Positions 1 to 12,833 of a DNA stretch of 41,099 bases are shown one piece after another (position 1 is the stretch's first letter; each line of letters opens with the position of its first letter). Source of the DNA: Spizellomyces punctatus DAOM BR117 (Eukaryota). The notes beneath the pieces were generated by a model. It was not told the origin of the DNA. It worked only from the letters and a program-made list of their open reading frames with translations, and ran no database searches. Made by a program: the position numbers and the translations under genes. Where the stretch lies: NCBI GenBank assembly GCA_000182565.2, contig KQ257460.1; one strand, written 5' to 3'.

Positions 1-1231
1 TTCATCGACGTCCGTCAAGTCAGACTATAGCTCCGTGCATCTATACATAAGGAGACCCACCTGAATAATATAAGGACACGACGAGTGTATTTTCCTTCAC
101 CTATTGATGTTCATCCGTTCCACGTATAGATTAAGTTGAGGCGGACATCATATCGTAGCACTTCTACATACCAAATCGATCTATACGGAGCGTTGCTACA
201 TCGATTGAGTCTATTTCTAGAGTTTACGGTGGGGTGTCGATCAGTTTGCTCAAATGGGAACATCAGATGCGGAGACAGCTCACCTACTTGGAAGTGATCA
301 GAAAATATCGCCAGTTCGATGGCCCCGCCCCAACTATTGGGTTGCAAAATCCATTCTCGATATGCTAGTGGATTACGCCCAAGTATGGCTTCGTTGTAGT
401 TTATGGGGTCGTTGACTATTGTATCAGCTACGACTGATAATGAAAATTGAGAGGTTTGCCCCAGCAGACGCATGTGGACATCTCAAAAAATATACTTTTT
501 CGGAGTTTGTTTGCGGCTTCTGGAGATCGCTCTAAAACATATCTGGATCCAGTAAGATCGTCAGTTCTGGTCTTCGAAGATTCGAATAGTGTGAGGAAAT
601 ACTCACCCTATCGATCTGAACAGGCAACTGTTATCGTCCTTCATCTCCTGCAACAAGAATTCGCGAGATTTCGTCACATTTTTCGCAAGAATGATCTGGA
701 CGTGGAAAAATCATAAAGCTCTCCGAACTCACTCGAACGACCAAAAAGCCATCTTCGAGAGGTACTCCCTCTCCGTTGGGCAACGTGCGCAGCCCTGGGG
801 TACCAGTGCCCGCATCGCTGCCAGTTTTCCGGTCACTTGTCACACCAGCAACTGGCTGCTCTGAGACAGCAGCCTGCTCCACCGTTAACTGCTCTCCATC
901 CCGAATTTCACAAGACTCGAGGGTGGCACTATCAGGTGTGGTGAAGGGGAGTGGTCTGGGAGGGAAGCCAAAGCGTACTATCGACAGAAAACACCCTGCT
1001 TTAGCTGGCATTCCCCTTTTCCAGCAGTAGCACCACAACTTACGCTGTTGAACTGCAGCTGGGATGCCACTGACCTTCTCAATCTCACGTTTCAGTTCAA
1101 GGAGGGTTGACTGAGATCCCAAAGCACCTCCGACCACTTGCTGACCCTTGGGAGTCCGGCACCTGAGACGCTGCAATATCAATTGTTGTGAGGATATATA
1201 GCTGTGAATCTGAACCTCAACGATTTACCAT
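1..1231 (-). CDS. OTU1: OTU1/YOD1 deubiquitinase (UBX/UBL-like N-terminus plus OTU domain); multi-exon, 3' end runs off the window
   Basis: Spliced translation gives RLRCRTPKGQQ...FGFPPRPL (ubiquitin-like), catalytic DDNSCLFRSIG, YNEAILG...WGGAIELAIFS. First exon appears to be ATG only (1231-1229), followed by a GT...AG intron. Confidence 0.92.
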
Positions 1232-1367
1232 GATGTGATGAACTATTCACGCAACTCGCGAAAACCAAGTATCCTCACGTAATTTGTCCAAAAACGGACT
1301 GTCACCCTGCAGCAAACATTCCGTCGCACAACGCGACTCGAGAAGCTTTCGAGATACTGTCCGCAGA

Positions 1368-2999
1368 ATGGCAGACTACGAAGATTATTCAGACGACGAT
1401 GACTATGCAGCTACCCAGGAAGCAGCCGCGCAAGCTGCTCTCAAAGCTCCTGTCACATATCAACTCCCATACGGTGTCTTGAGTGGTAAGCCGGCAAGGA
1501 GCTTCTGCTGCCTTTTCGACAAAGACTTCTATGTTTGCGTCTCTGATCTTCACTGGACATGTAGATTATATAAAGAAAGAGATTATCGACTTGAATGCTG
1601 CTTACCAGGTATTATTTTCAGTCTCTTGTGCTACTGCGTCTGAATCATGTTCCTGATCCATGTCAATGCAGAGAGATGTGGTATGGAATGGTAAAGTCTC
1701 CTGTAAGGTTTCCCATTATCCAGAGTGCAAGCTCACCAGAATCGTGCAGCGGCGAAACAGGGTCATCTTATTGATTGTACGTTGTCGCTTTTGAGACTTC
1801 GTTGTCGCCGTTAGTCGTAACATTCCTTTTACTAGCCCTCGTAAAGAACTACTATGTTCCTCCGGTTATCTTTTCCATAAGGTATCACCCGTTTCCTCTC
1901 CTTTCCAATCCTGGTACATGTCATTCAGCGATTGGATAGATATGATACTCGTCCTTCTCACCGCAATCAAGAAATTCGGGTGGCCATTGACGGCAAGCAG
2001 CGATTAACATCAATACACAAGTAAGCGTTCTGACAATTTAATCTTAAGCGGGACAAGATCGCACGATACTTACCCTACTGCTATTATATTGCTCCAAAGA
2101 TTTATTGAAGGAGAAATACCTCAAATTGACTCCGTTACGGCGACAAAGATTTGGTTCAAGAAACCTAAGGGGAAAAAGGGGAGCGTGCTAACTGCAGCAG
2201 AACGCCACTCTTTCGAGACTAAGTTGCTCACTTGTGTCGAGTACCGTGGCTTGAATGAAGAGCAGGAGCAGGAGATTTTCCGGCGAGTTCAGCTTGGTAT
2301 GAATTTTCCATTGGCGTGTATTTTGAGGGTTTTTTATAACCCTTTGCCGTTAATACAATAGGCGTTGCACTAACGACGGCCGAGAAAATGTTTGCGAGAC
2401 CGGGACCAGTCGCGGATTTTGTTCGTAAATTAATGGAAGTGAGTGAAAGTGTATCTGCACCGAGTCGATACCTCTGATCCTGATCCTTATCCTCTCGTTT
2501 CAAATGAGCAGCAATATAAAGACTTGTGTAGCTTGGTAGAGTCCAAACGCAAGCTGGCATTCCAGATCCTGATGACCATCTTCTGCGTTGTCACCGAAAT
2601 GCCCAGCAAAATACCGTCGGCGATGTACCTAGATAAGGTGTTGAAACGGTCGGAACCCGTTCCATCGAAGCATAAGGCGTTAGTAGAAAGCGTGCTGCAA
2701 GTGTTTGCTACGCTCATGGACCAAGCGCCAGATCTGTTTAGAACACCAGCTAGAATGGCGGTGAGTGACAATTTAAAGATCCGGCGATTCTACTGCCACC
2801 TTCGCTGATTACCTGCGCTCGTTAGCCTATCGAGTTCATAATGTCCACATATTTGATCGCAACAAAGGATGAACACACCATTCTTGAACTCAGAGATGAT
2901 ATTGCGTTGATGCGGGAGAAGACGCGGAAAAAATTCTTGGATATTCGGTCGAACCAGCGGGTATATGACTACATGAAAACGCTGATCGACAAGTTGTAA
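1368..2999 (+). CDS. DUF262 (GmrSD N-terminal, ParB/Srx-like fold) domain protein, multi-exon
   Basis: Joining micro-exons at GT-AG sites gives LNAAYQ-RDVVWN-AAKQGHLID-SLVKNYYVPPVIFSI-...VAIDGKQRLTSIHK-FIEGEIP...EIFRRVQLG-VALTTAEK. These match the DUF262 motifs QR, DGxQR and FxRxN/Q-G-xxL. Stop at 2997-2999. Confidence 0.82.
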
Positions 3000-3185
3000 T
3001 CTGCTGAAATAATAACGGGACGACATTTGTTGGTTGGTGCTCGAGAGCATTAAGTCATTCTTTGTATAATTTGTCTGTACAGGGCCCTAGACTCTGGTCA
3101 AAGGATTTTCTGAGCTGCGAAACGCTTATTGTAATTTACATTTGTACTCTACTGCTGGACTGTCACTTTTAGGACATTGTCCAGC

Positions 3186-5055
3186 TCATCTCTTTCCCAA
3201 GGATAGTTCGTCTATCAACCTGTTAGGCATGTAGGTAGCCCACAATCTTTTCCAATCGGCCATATTTGGTATCCACCAGACCAAGCACCCAACGAACACC
3301 ACAGCAATCAATCTGAACACCCAGCTGCCATACAGAGCGTTCTTGAATCGCTTTCTTCTCTCTTTTGTCACCCATTCCATTAGCTTGTCCTCTTCCTCCG
3401 GTTTCAAGGCCCTCGATGCATGTCGCTCAGTCGAGAGACGATCAAGCTTCAAGGAGAACAGTGCCGCAACGGGTTTATGGTCGCTCCACACTACGTCAGA
3501 TGCACAGTGGTAATATAGCCATTGAATGCAATTTGTCGTGTATGCCCGCGCTGCCTTCCAATTGTCCTCGGTGATCATTTGGGATCGTGTGTGGGTGACA
3601 AGTGCATTGAACGGTCGCGGTTGCGACAAATCAGTGGCGCGGAACAGGATTCGATCACAGTAAGCGGGCATGCGCGTTTTTGAGTAGCGATCAGCGGCTG
3701 AGGTGGAACCCAGTTTCGCATTTATGCCGACATTAAACTTGTATGATGGTAGAAAGGTGATAGGTGGTTCCAAGAACCCAGCTAGAGGCTCAAACCGTTG
3801 CCGTTCGCGGATAAGTGATAGTTCGTCCATTTCCAGTAAATCCTTAACGGCACCCTCGTCGATTCGTTTGATAACACCATCCCGAAAAGCTTTACGCACC
3901 TCTTTCGGCTTTACGCCCGCCCCAGCCAAACGGTAGTTCATATCTCCAAAGAAGAACGTCGCACTGAAATCGTGCACGCTACGGACGTTGTACGGTGCGG
4001 CAGTAGATGTAAAAAGCAAGGTTTCGAAGAGATGTCGGACTTCCTCATTCCGCCAGTTGTAATACCAGAACCCTTCGTGCGGTCCTAAATGGCTGTTTGC
4101 AAAGCAAATCGATATGCTGCGACTGTAGAAGTGCGTGTCGAGAATGTCAAGATCCAATCCGATACCTTCGACGCCTTTGTTACCGTAGGTCCCTATTAGC
4201 CCTGTCCCCATAGATGCTTCCCATACTCCCCGTACTTTAACATGTGAGAGCCGATCTACACGGATGAACACTAAAAGACCTAACGCAACCATACGGCTAA
4301 TGCAGTAGGGTTCGTATCGAATTTCCCTTGCGTTTGAAGAATCCCCTTCGCGATAATTTCTACGCAACGATTGAGTAGTGTCGTTGTTCTCTTCCGACGA
4401 GACGCTGTCGCCATTCGACCTCGACGTATTGTTGGTATGCCCTACTCTCGTGACATTTTCATTTTGCCCTTTCGCGTCGCTGTTATCATCAACTGTCCCG
4501 TTTCCGCCATATATTGCTTGTAGCGCATCCTGAATAAGCTGAACCCAATTGTCCAGGCATTTCAGGCGCCCTTGATCGTGTTTAACTGCTAGCTTCGCAA
4601 GCCCGTGCGAACATTCGCGGGTTGGTAGCCAAGCGGCTCGCGACTGAGAGAGTAGCTCCTGAAATCCCACCACAACTAGATCAGGCGTGGGTGTTCCAGA
4701 AGTGGACGGCGGTGGACTGAGCCATGGAAGAAGATTTGGAATGTCATTGATAGTCGGGTTGGGAATTCGAGTTGCAAGGTTAACTAGCAGGGAATATCAT
4801 GAGCACCGGCAAACACAAACCAGACCGCAGTATACTCCTACTAGCACTTAAAGATCATGTCTACTTACAGGTGCCAACTAAGACATGCACATCGGGAACT
4901 GGCACAAGACCGGGTGTAGATGGGAGGGAGTCGTCCGAGGTAACCCCGTTCAAAGGACTGAGTCCAGCGGAATCTGATTCGGCGTCACTAATCTGAGCAG
5001 CTGTGCTCGCTTCTGGTTTTGGTGTCAAATCAAACCCTTGTGCCATCTTAAACAT
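3186..5055 (-). CDS. Inositol polyphosphate 5-phosphatase (EEP fold) with C-terminal hydrophobic anchor (Inp54-like)
   Basis: Motifs PDLVVVGFQE, GNKG, NSHL, FFFGDMNYRL, PAYCDRIL and SDHKPV. C-terminal LIAVVFVGCLVWWI segment. One intron at ~4796-4869. Confidence 0.9.
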
Positions 5056-5371
5056 GCATGTACTGAGTTATCTTTCGACGTTGAGCTGTAAGGGAAGATA
5101 GCAGCAAGTGCAGACGCCAAAGGCGACGGACGCGACCTGACATCACTGACAAGCGACACGTGAATGGCAAGGTCACTGGGAAGGATCTGATGAGGTCAGC
5201 ACCGATCACCATCTAACATTTGCAATACAAAATCCGTAATTGAAATGTGTAAATATGCTTCATTTGCAGAATCAGTTCCAAAAAAAAAAAAAAAAGAAAT
5301 ACATCCATCAACTCAATCCATAAATCAATCACGGCATTCCTCCTCATCCTTGCACTTTCAGATCTAACCAT

Positions 5372-8300
5372 TCATCGTAAGCATTCCAGTCCTCTCGCAA
5401 AACTCGACTTTTGAATTTTCACCGCAAAAGCAATAGCTTCAAGTGCGGTCTGCGTTCGTCCGGTATTCATCAGGCACTTGCTCAAATTTCGCCATGATTC
5501 CCAGTTCCATCGACCGGTTATTCCTCCATACCAGCTGGGTCGGCCCCCTCCGCCGCCTCTCGCCTTGGAACTCTTGCAAGCCCTCTCAAAAATGTTCTCA
5601 GCAAAATCACTTCGACCTTGCTGCATGTATAATTTCCCCAAGTGCACTCGCGCACCGAGATGATCGTCGTCTATATATGTGACTCGCGTGAAAGTCTCAA
5701 TTAGAGACGATAGTGTTAGCGGTTCTTCTTCCGCGTCCAGTAAAGAGTTTGTGCCCGGCGGCTTAGTGGTCTGCTCATCCTCCGGCACCGCGTCTATTGC
5801 AATCCCTCCTACTGCAATTCCGTTCACTTGCATTTGCACAGGTGGCGGCACTGCAACATCGCCGGTTTCCGCCGCTGTAGGTATCGGTACTCCCATAGCT
5901 CTCTTGTTTAAATCCCGCCCCGAAGTCTTCCCTACTGTGGATGCTGGTGTGGGCAAGCTAACCAGAGATACTTGTGATGGACTGGGTTTTAAGCCGCCTG
6001 CCGCAACCTGGGCGTTCCACGAGCGCAGACGTCGTTCTGCCTCTACACGTACCGCCGGAGCTATGTACCGAGCAAACTTGGGTGCCTCTGGCGGTTGGAT
6101 CAATTTGTCATAACGGGCTTGTCGTATCAGCGCGGCCTGGATGTGAATCATTTAAGTACGAGAATCTGGTGATCCGCTGTACTGCATTTGTTTTACTCAC
6201 CTCAAAAGCAACATCTGCTATGACTCTTCGGATACGCGCCCCGACGGGACCCCACTTTGGAAATCCGGGAACAAGTTCGTTGATGGGTTGTTTCTTTTGC
6301 TGCTTGGTTTTCAGGAGTCCCCGCACATTACCCTGCTCCACTAATATCTTTTTCATTGAAATACCACTGTACAGACGTGAGGGTATCCTTTGTATCAACG
6401 CGTCCATTTGGGCCATTTCTTCGGCCAATCGATGTGCTTCCCGCACAGCACCTTCTGCTTGTTGGAAGTGGCCAGTACATCGGTAGAGGGCAGCGGACGT
6501 AAGCCAGATACCGACAAACAAGTCATGGACTCGAAACCGGTAATACCCTCCTAGGCTTGTTTGTGATGGCGACGCAGTATCGGAGGACGCCCCTGATGCG
6601 AAAGAAGAGCTACGCGATCGATTACGCGATCGGTCTAGAACGGGAAGGTGAGATATTCATACTGTGTAAATATTCAGTTTAGTCACTTACAATCGCCGGC
6701 TTCCCCCAGTCCATTACTCCCGTTGACGGCTGATCCACTTCTCTCGGTTTCAGTACTCATACGGAAACCCGCATCGTCTGGGATATCTGTTCCTCTAAAG
6801 AATTTTCGGGATAGTCGGAGAATCTGCTTCATGATCTCCAACGCGGGCTTAGGTCCATTCTTCCAAGCTTCAAGAGCGACTTGTGTTAACTTTAGACTAC
6901 AAAGATCGTGCAGCAGTGTAAGCAAGACCCTGAGACGGAGAGTCACTGGCTACGAATCTTACTTGATCAGACCAATCTTGTCAAGATCGTCCACCGCCTC
7001 CCATGACCATCTACCGTTCACCGCATTTGTTGGCACAGCGAGTCTATCCTTCAAGATCGAGGACTTTTCTATTTTAGCAAAACATTCTTTCACGCCGATG
7101 TTGCAAATTCTTAGAGCCTGGTTGTAATCTTTGCGAGCACTGAAAAGCAGAGCAAGCAGGTTCCAGGATGCAGCATGTGCCTTGTTTTCCTGTAAGGAGT
7201 CTTTGACTTTAATGATCGCTTGCGAGATCTGTACCAAAGTTAGTAATCAGCATCGAAGATTATAACTTGCTTCTTTTAATAGGGTACATACCTCTCCTGC
7301 CTCAGCTAACTGTAAGGCACGTTGATAGGACGCTTCCCATGAACTAGGCTTTATTGTTCTGGCTCTCTTCATTGCTTCTAGCGCTTGCTTCTGATATTTT
7401 CGTCGTTGCTGACTGTCACGAACTGCGTATACAACTTCAGCATACGGGAGAAAAAAGTGCGGTAGCAATGTAATGCATACCCTCCTGCGCAAGCTCGCTA
7501 TTTATTATGCCGAGCCATTTAAATGCTTGATACTCAAGGTCGGGGAGGTCTTGGCCACATGATCGTCCGTGCTCTTTCAGTAGTCCAAGTGCAGTCTCAG
7601 CGTATTCAAGACCCTTGCGGAGCTACATATACATTTACAAATTAGCTTCATTCACAGAAATTTGAGATTGCACGCTTATCATTACCTTTTCTTCGTTGCC
7701 GTCTGCATTCATGATGCACATGCGCACCCCGGCGAAGAAGACGCCGAGTGCATCAACGATGCGTTCACCATCAACTTCCTCCATTACAACGGTATCTTCA
7801 GTGTCCTTTCCCGCTTCACGTTCGGCGAGATCAGGGTGTTTCTGTATGTAATCCTCCAGGTAAATGGGAAGAATGAAGTTTCCATCTGGATCATTCACGG
7901 GATCCCTGGACGGCGCATCCAACCATACACGTTCTCTGTGTCTATCATAACTGACGCGTTTCTTTTTGGGCTCCCCGTTTTCGCCCGGTGGTGCATCCGT
8001 CGACAAACGAGGGTTTGTGCGCCTTTTGCGCTCAAGCTCCACTTTCAGCTTAAGATGCTTGTTCCAAAAAAAAGCATATGACTCAATGGTAGCCTCAGCT
8101 TCAATCTTTTCATCAGCTGTCATATTATCCCCAAAGAAACTCGTAAGAGAGGTGAATGTATGGGCCAAATATCTGAGGAGTCGCATTGAATGAAACGTGT
8201 ACTTCGTTCCTCGGTACAAATGTTCTATAAGTCGATAATGTCGATCTGCGGCCTCGCCAATGGACTCGCCAGGTTCTGCCTGCATCCCTATGTATGTGAA

Positions 8301-9724
8301 CCAATCGAAGGTTTCGAGGACGCGGCTGTGCCTGCCCTTCTCTATCGGTAGAGCGTCCTCGCCCCGCGGGAATGGTAGGAGGTGGGTTGTGAGGGACTCA
8401 TATAAGGGTATGTAAGAGCGTATTTCCGCTAAGACCTCGCTCGATACGGTATCCACGGTATCTTTTGGAATGCCTTCTAACGGACGGGGCGGGGGGGCTA
8501 AGGGCTGCAGTCCAAGGAGTTGACGGATGAAGACGCCCAGAACAGCGACCCGTGGCTGTGGCCGATAGCTGACCGGTTTACCAGCTAGCCGCTGTAAATA
8601 CTCGCGGGCAATTTCTATCGAGCATTCCCGGTTCCTTTGTACGGCATTCTGTAAGAGTGTGCAATGGATGTGCAATTTGGCTCATCTCTACAACTTACCC
8701 AAGTCTTGCATTGTACAAAGTGGCCCAAAAATGAGAGAATTCAAACCATCTCTCCCATTGATTATCATCCACGCGGGTGGATGATCGCTGGCGAGTCGGG
8801 GTCGGGGTCGAAAACGTTCCTTGATCAGCAAAGAAATCGACAGCTTTGTTCATGTACTCGCACGCCAAGACGTCCCAATCATCCACATGATGTCCCAAAG
8901 CTAAAAGATGCGGCTTTAAAATGACGTCCTGCTCACGAAGTTCGAATTCGCCATTTACATACCAGTCACAATCCAATACATTGCATACATGACGCGATCA
9001 TACGGATGAGCAAAGGAGCGCGGCTCTGGTGGGGGAGCTTCATATCCAAACTTTGCCTTTCTGACTTTCCATGCACATTCACCCTCACTTCCTGTCACCA
9101 GATCGTGGAGACATCCAAGGACTTCAGCTTCCTAAATTGACAGTGAGGGACCGTAATCGTAAATAATGGAAGATCTCGGTGGTGACATCGGAAAGAACAA
9201 ATCGTCCGAAAAAGTTCCGAACCCTACCATGCACAGATCCATGAGCGGGCTCCCAGGCTCTGGTTCCTTATCAAGTAATGCAATGACTGCATCATCCAAT
9301 AACAGCAGCGCACGGTGGCAGGCTGTGTATGACTCGTCACTCAAGTTCAAGTTAAATCCACCTGAGTCTCCACCTTCTTCATCGTCATTGTCAGGTATTG
9401 TAAATATGGCATTATGGAATCCTCTTCGCTTCAAACCCTCATCCGCAGTGTTATCTTGCTTGAAATATGGCTCATACGCAAGATTGAGCATCGCATCAGC
9501 TTTTGCTATGCAGGCAAATGCTAAAGGGAGCCTGTCAGTGAGCATACATGGGTCATATAAAAAACCCAACTCCCTATGTTACCGAATCTCCGTCCTTCTC
9601 TGACTTCCAATTTAGACAAAAGCTTGTCCGCAAGCTCTATGACAATTTCCCATTGTCCTCGAAACCTATAGGTGTTGATATCCTCCTCGAGAGTCACTAA
9701 CTTTTCCAACTTATACCCTGCCAT
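5372..9724 (-). CDS. YPP1: Large TPR protein, YPP1/TTC7 family (PI4-kinase Stt4 complex scaffold), multi-exon
   Basis: Collinear minus-strand exons. N-terminal LEEDINTYRFRGQWE; TPR block ASYQRALQLAEAGE-ISQAI...AASWNLLALLFSARKDYNQALRIC; C-terminal TPRs (ARVHLGKLY, WESWRNLSKC). Confidence 0.75.
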
Positions 9725-10165
9725 TACGGTATTATGCAAATATGTACGGTGCGCCTATGGTATCATGGAAACTAATGCCAAAGGCAAACTGCCAGTCAGT
9801 ACCCAATATCAATTTGCATATGATAGTTTCGAGAATACCCTTATCAATAATAACATACGTTTGCAGATGCAGTGAAGATGAAAGTGCGATTTGGCAGGTT
9901 TTATCGCATGGCAGGGCAGTGTCCTGGGTCAAACCCGCAACACGTGACCGGAATCATGCAATTCAGCGAGTCTCGGGATGGGGGACAATAACGGAGTTTC
10001 CGTAAATAGAGAATTATATTAATCTCCCGAAGATAGAATGCTTCCTCCAAGCCGATGCTATGATGAGCTTATATAAATCGTTCGCACATAATACTGGTAA
10101 GAAATACCTCGTATCAAACATCACCACGAACACAGAAGGGGATAAAGTAAAAAGAATTACACAAT

Positions 10166-11939
10166 TTATTCAGATTTATCTCCAGATTCACTGGATTTTG
10201 CTCCAAGCAGTCTGTCCATGAACCTGGTTTGTCCTGGCCTCCTTGCCAATGGGCTTTCCATTCCCACTGATCCTGACCCTACCATAGACCTACGAAGGGA
10301 ATTGGAAGGTGCCAGCGCTGTTTCAGTGCGACCGTAATCAATCTCTCGGGATTTCATTGCATCTGCTTCATTGCTAAGGTAAAGGTTTAATTTTTCATCG
10401 GGTACGTCGAGATGCGGTCGCTGCTCAGAAACTTCCAGTGCTGTCAAGCGGAGAATATATTCAAGGACGCTCAGAAGACCAATTGCAGGAGGAGGGTTGG
10501 ACGCGGGATAGTAGCGATCTTTGACTCTTTTGTCCTGATCGGGCCTCGCATCTTTTACCTCCTCCTCCTCACCTTCAATGTCTTCCTCTTCTTCCTCACT
10601 TTCTGTTGCGTCGTCCTCGCGATACAACTCAAATGCCAGGTATTCCACTCTGGCGCCTGAGTCTTGCAACCGCAAAGGCGTACCATCTTCATTTTCTTGT
10701 GCGGAGAGAAACCGTGTACCTTTGACTATCTTGACAACCAAAACTGGGCTGGGATCCGCCTTCAATGATTTTGTGTCAATATTCAATAGTTCACCTGATC
10801 TGGAATAATAAAGGCGCTGAAGGTCCGTCACAGGTATTCGCGTTTTGCGGCCAGGCACCATCTCGCCAGGCGTAACTGAAACACCTTCTAACTCGTCGTG
10901 ATAGCGTCCATCATTTAGGTCCTCAGTGACAAGCAGTTCGTAAGAAATTCGAGAGCGTAGTGGAGCAGCCTCTGCAGACGCTCGTTCATCCTCCGTCAGG
11001 TTTTGAAGATCAGCGGGGACTCGTTGCACTGTCACAGATGCTTTTGCATAATCCTACGTACATCAAGAAGTGCATATTGATCAGCGACGTATTAATGAGA
11101 AGACGGTGATAGGCAACTTACCTCCTTCCATGTCCAGTCCGCAACCCCTTTGGCTCGAGCCGAAGATTGAAACAGTGAGTAAACGCGAGCTGGAAAGGAC
11201 GGTCCGACTTGCACTGGATCGGGTGGTTGTGTGGGGCCGAACGTCTTATGCGCTTGAAAGCGGCTGGACGCTAGAGCTACCGCAGTGGAAGCTTGAAGCA
11301 GTCGGCTCGGTGATATGCTTGAGGGTAGTGCGCCCGTCAGCTGTGCACCGCATGATTGAAGCGCCAGTTGTAGGAAAGGGACCAGATCATCTATCGTTCT
11401 GAGAACTTGTTCTACATCCTCCAAAACACTCGCAGTCAGCTCATTCGCACTTTCCTCTACTCCATTCACGCGATTTCCTAATTTCCTGAGCTCCTTTTTC
11501 AAGTCCCCTGCCAATTCCAATACTGCTTCAAGATTCGTATTGCCTCGAGCTGCCAATATTTCGCATGTATCAATTGCTATAAAGCACCAAGCATTAGGTT
11601 CATACTCCAGGCTGTGATTCGCCCAGTTTGCGATTGTACCTGGCGTCACGATTGCCAACTTGCGTTCAAGGATGGTTTGCAGTCGTGCAAGTTTTCCCTT
11701 TTTTCGAGATTTATCAGTCGTATTTTGCACAAATGTCGAGATTTGTTTCACTGCATATCCTTGACAATAGGAAAATGCAGCTTTCGAGACCAGGGACGCT
11801 GCCAATGGAAACAGTAACTGTCATGTTAATCACGTAACCCATAAAACATCCAATGTACAATATACGAAGAAACCCCTTGCGATCGAGTACTACAAACAAT
11901 ACCTCCTGATATGGCAAGACTGGCAAAAAGCTGGTCCAT
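10166..11939 (-). CDS. YRB30: RanGTP-binding protein, YRB30 family
   Basis: MDQLFASLAI start; LERKLAIVTP-AIDTCEILAARGNTNLE, IDDLVPFLQLAL, ISPSRLLQAS, WTWKE, EDLNDGRYH, LSVLEYILRLTALE...DEKLNLYL. Confidence 0.85.
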
Positions 11940-12466
11940 AGGTGCGAATGAACAAATGAAAATAACTGATCTATGCAAGAGTATATGGGGCCGACTGCTG
12001 GAGCATTTTAAGGTTTTGACATGATGAGTCATAATTTCGAATGTTCTTTTACTGTCGAACCATGGGGGGAGACATTTACCAGCTTGTGCTCCGCTATTAG
12101 GTGAGCCAAAACACTATGCCAGTTCAGATGGGAATGATGCTACATGTACTTACCAAAAAAGAGAAATATGGTCGAATCTCAATGTTGAGCGTTTAAGGTC
12201 GGACTACATGGGGGAGGTTAAGAATGATGATTAACTTTAAGATGAGCAATTAATCAATTGAGACACTGGACGAAAGCGTCAAACAGTGTGCAAAGCATAT
12301 TCGTTATACTCTCTGCTGTATCCTACCCAACTGGCAAGAGAAAAGGGCTGTCCGAAGGGTGCTCGTTAGAAGAGTGATTCTGCATGCATAAAGAGTTGCT
12401 CTTTAGACCGCCGACAAGTCATTACCAAAAGTACAGCTGAATGAAGATCAAGAAAGGGGACTGATG

Positions 12467-12562
12467 TTGGGTAATTTGACCTTTCCCAATAGCCTGACCA
12501 CTTCTCCCAGGCTCCCTCTCCGGAATTGAGCCCTAATTCGCCGTTACCTGTTAAAACCATGG
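12467..12562 (-). pseudogene. Degenerate dispersed fragment of 18S rRNA (about yeast 18S nt 340-450)
   Basis: Minus strand reads CCATGGTTTTAACAGGTAACGGCGAATTAGGGCTCAATTCCGGAGAGGGAGCCTG...CAAATTACCCAA. Conserved 18S reads CCATGGTTTCAACGGGTAACGGGGAATAAGGGTTCGATTCCGGAGAGGGAGCCTG...CAAATTACCCAA. Confidence 0.88.
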
Positions 12563-12833
12563 CCTATTTCCGCTGTGCAAACACATCCTGGCATTTGCCG
12601 CGCCATGACTCCGAGTCGTATTTTTCTTTATATCACGGGAACGATATGGCAGCATTTGTTACAACTTTTGCAAAGACATGTAATCTGTTAGAGGTGCGGA
12701 TATATTACAGATTGAGTTGATGAAGCAATGGATAAATCTTATGGTACGGTCCTGGCTTATCGAAAATGTATGCTAGAGAACGGGTATACGGTTCAGGCTG
12801 ACGCTAGGGAAAGCAGCAAACTGATTTAGGTTA

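Noticed and set aside
12346-12412. GGCTGTCCGAAGG...CTTTAGACCGCC resembling Y RNA termini
   Set aside because: The stem has mismatches at key positions, and there is no oligo-T terminator or Pol III promoter evidence.
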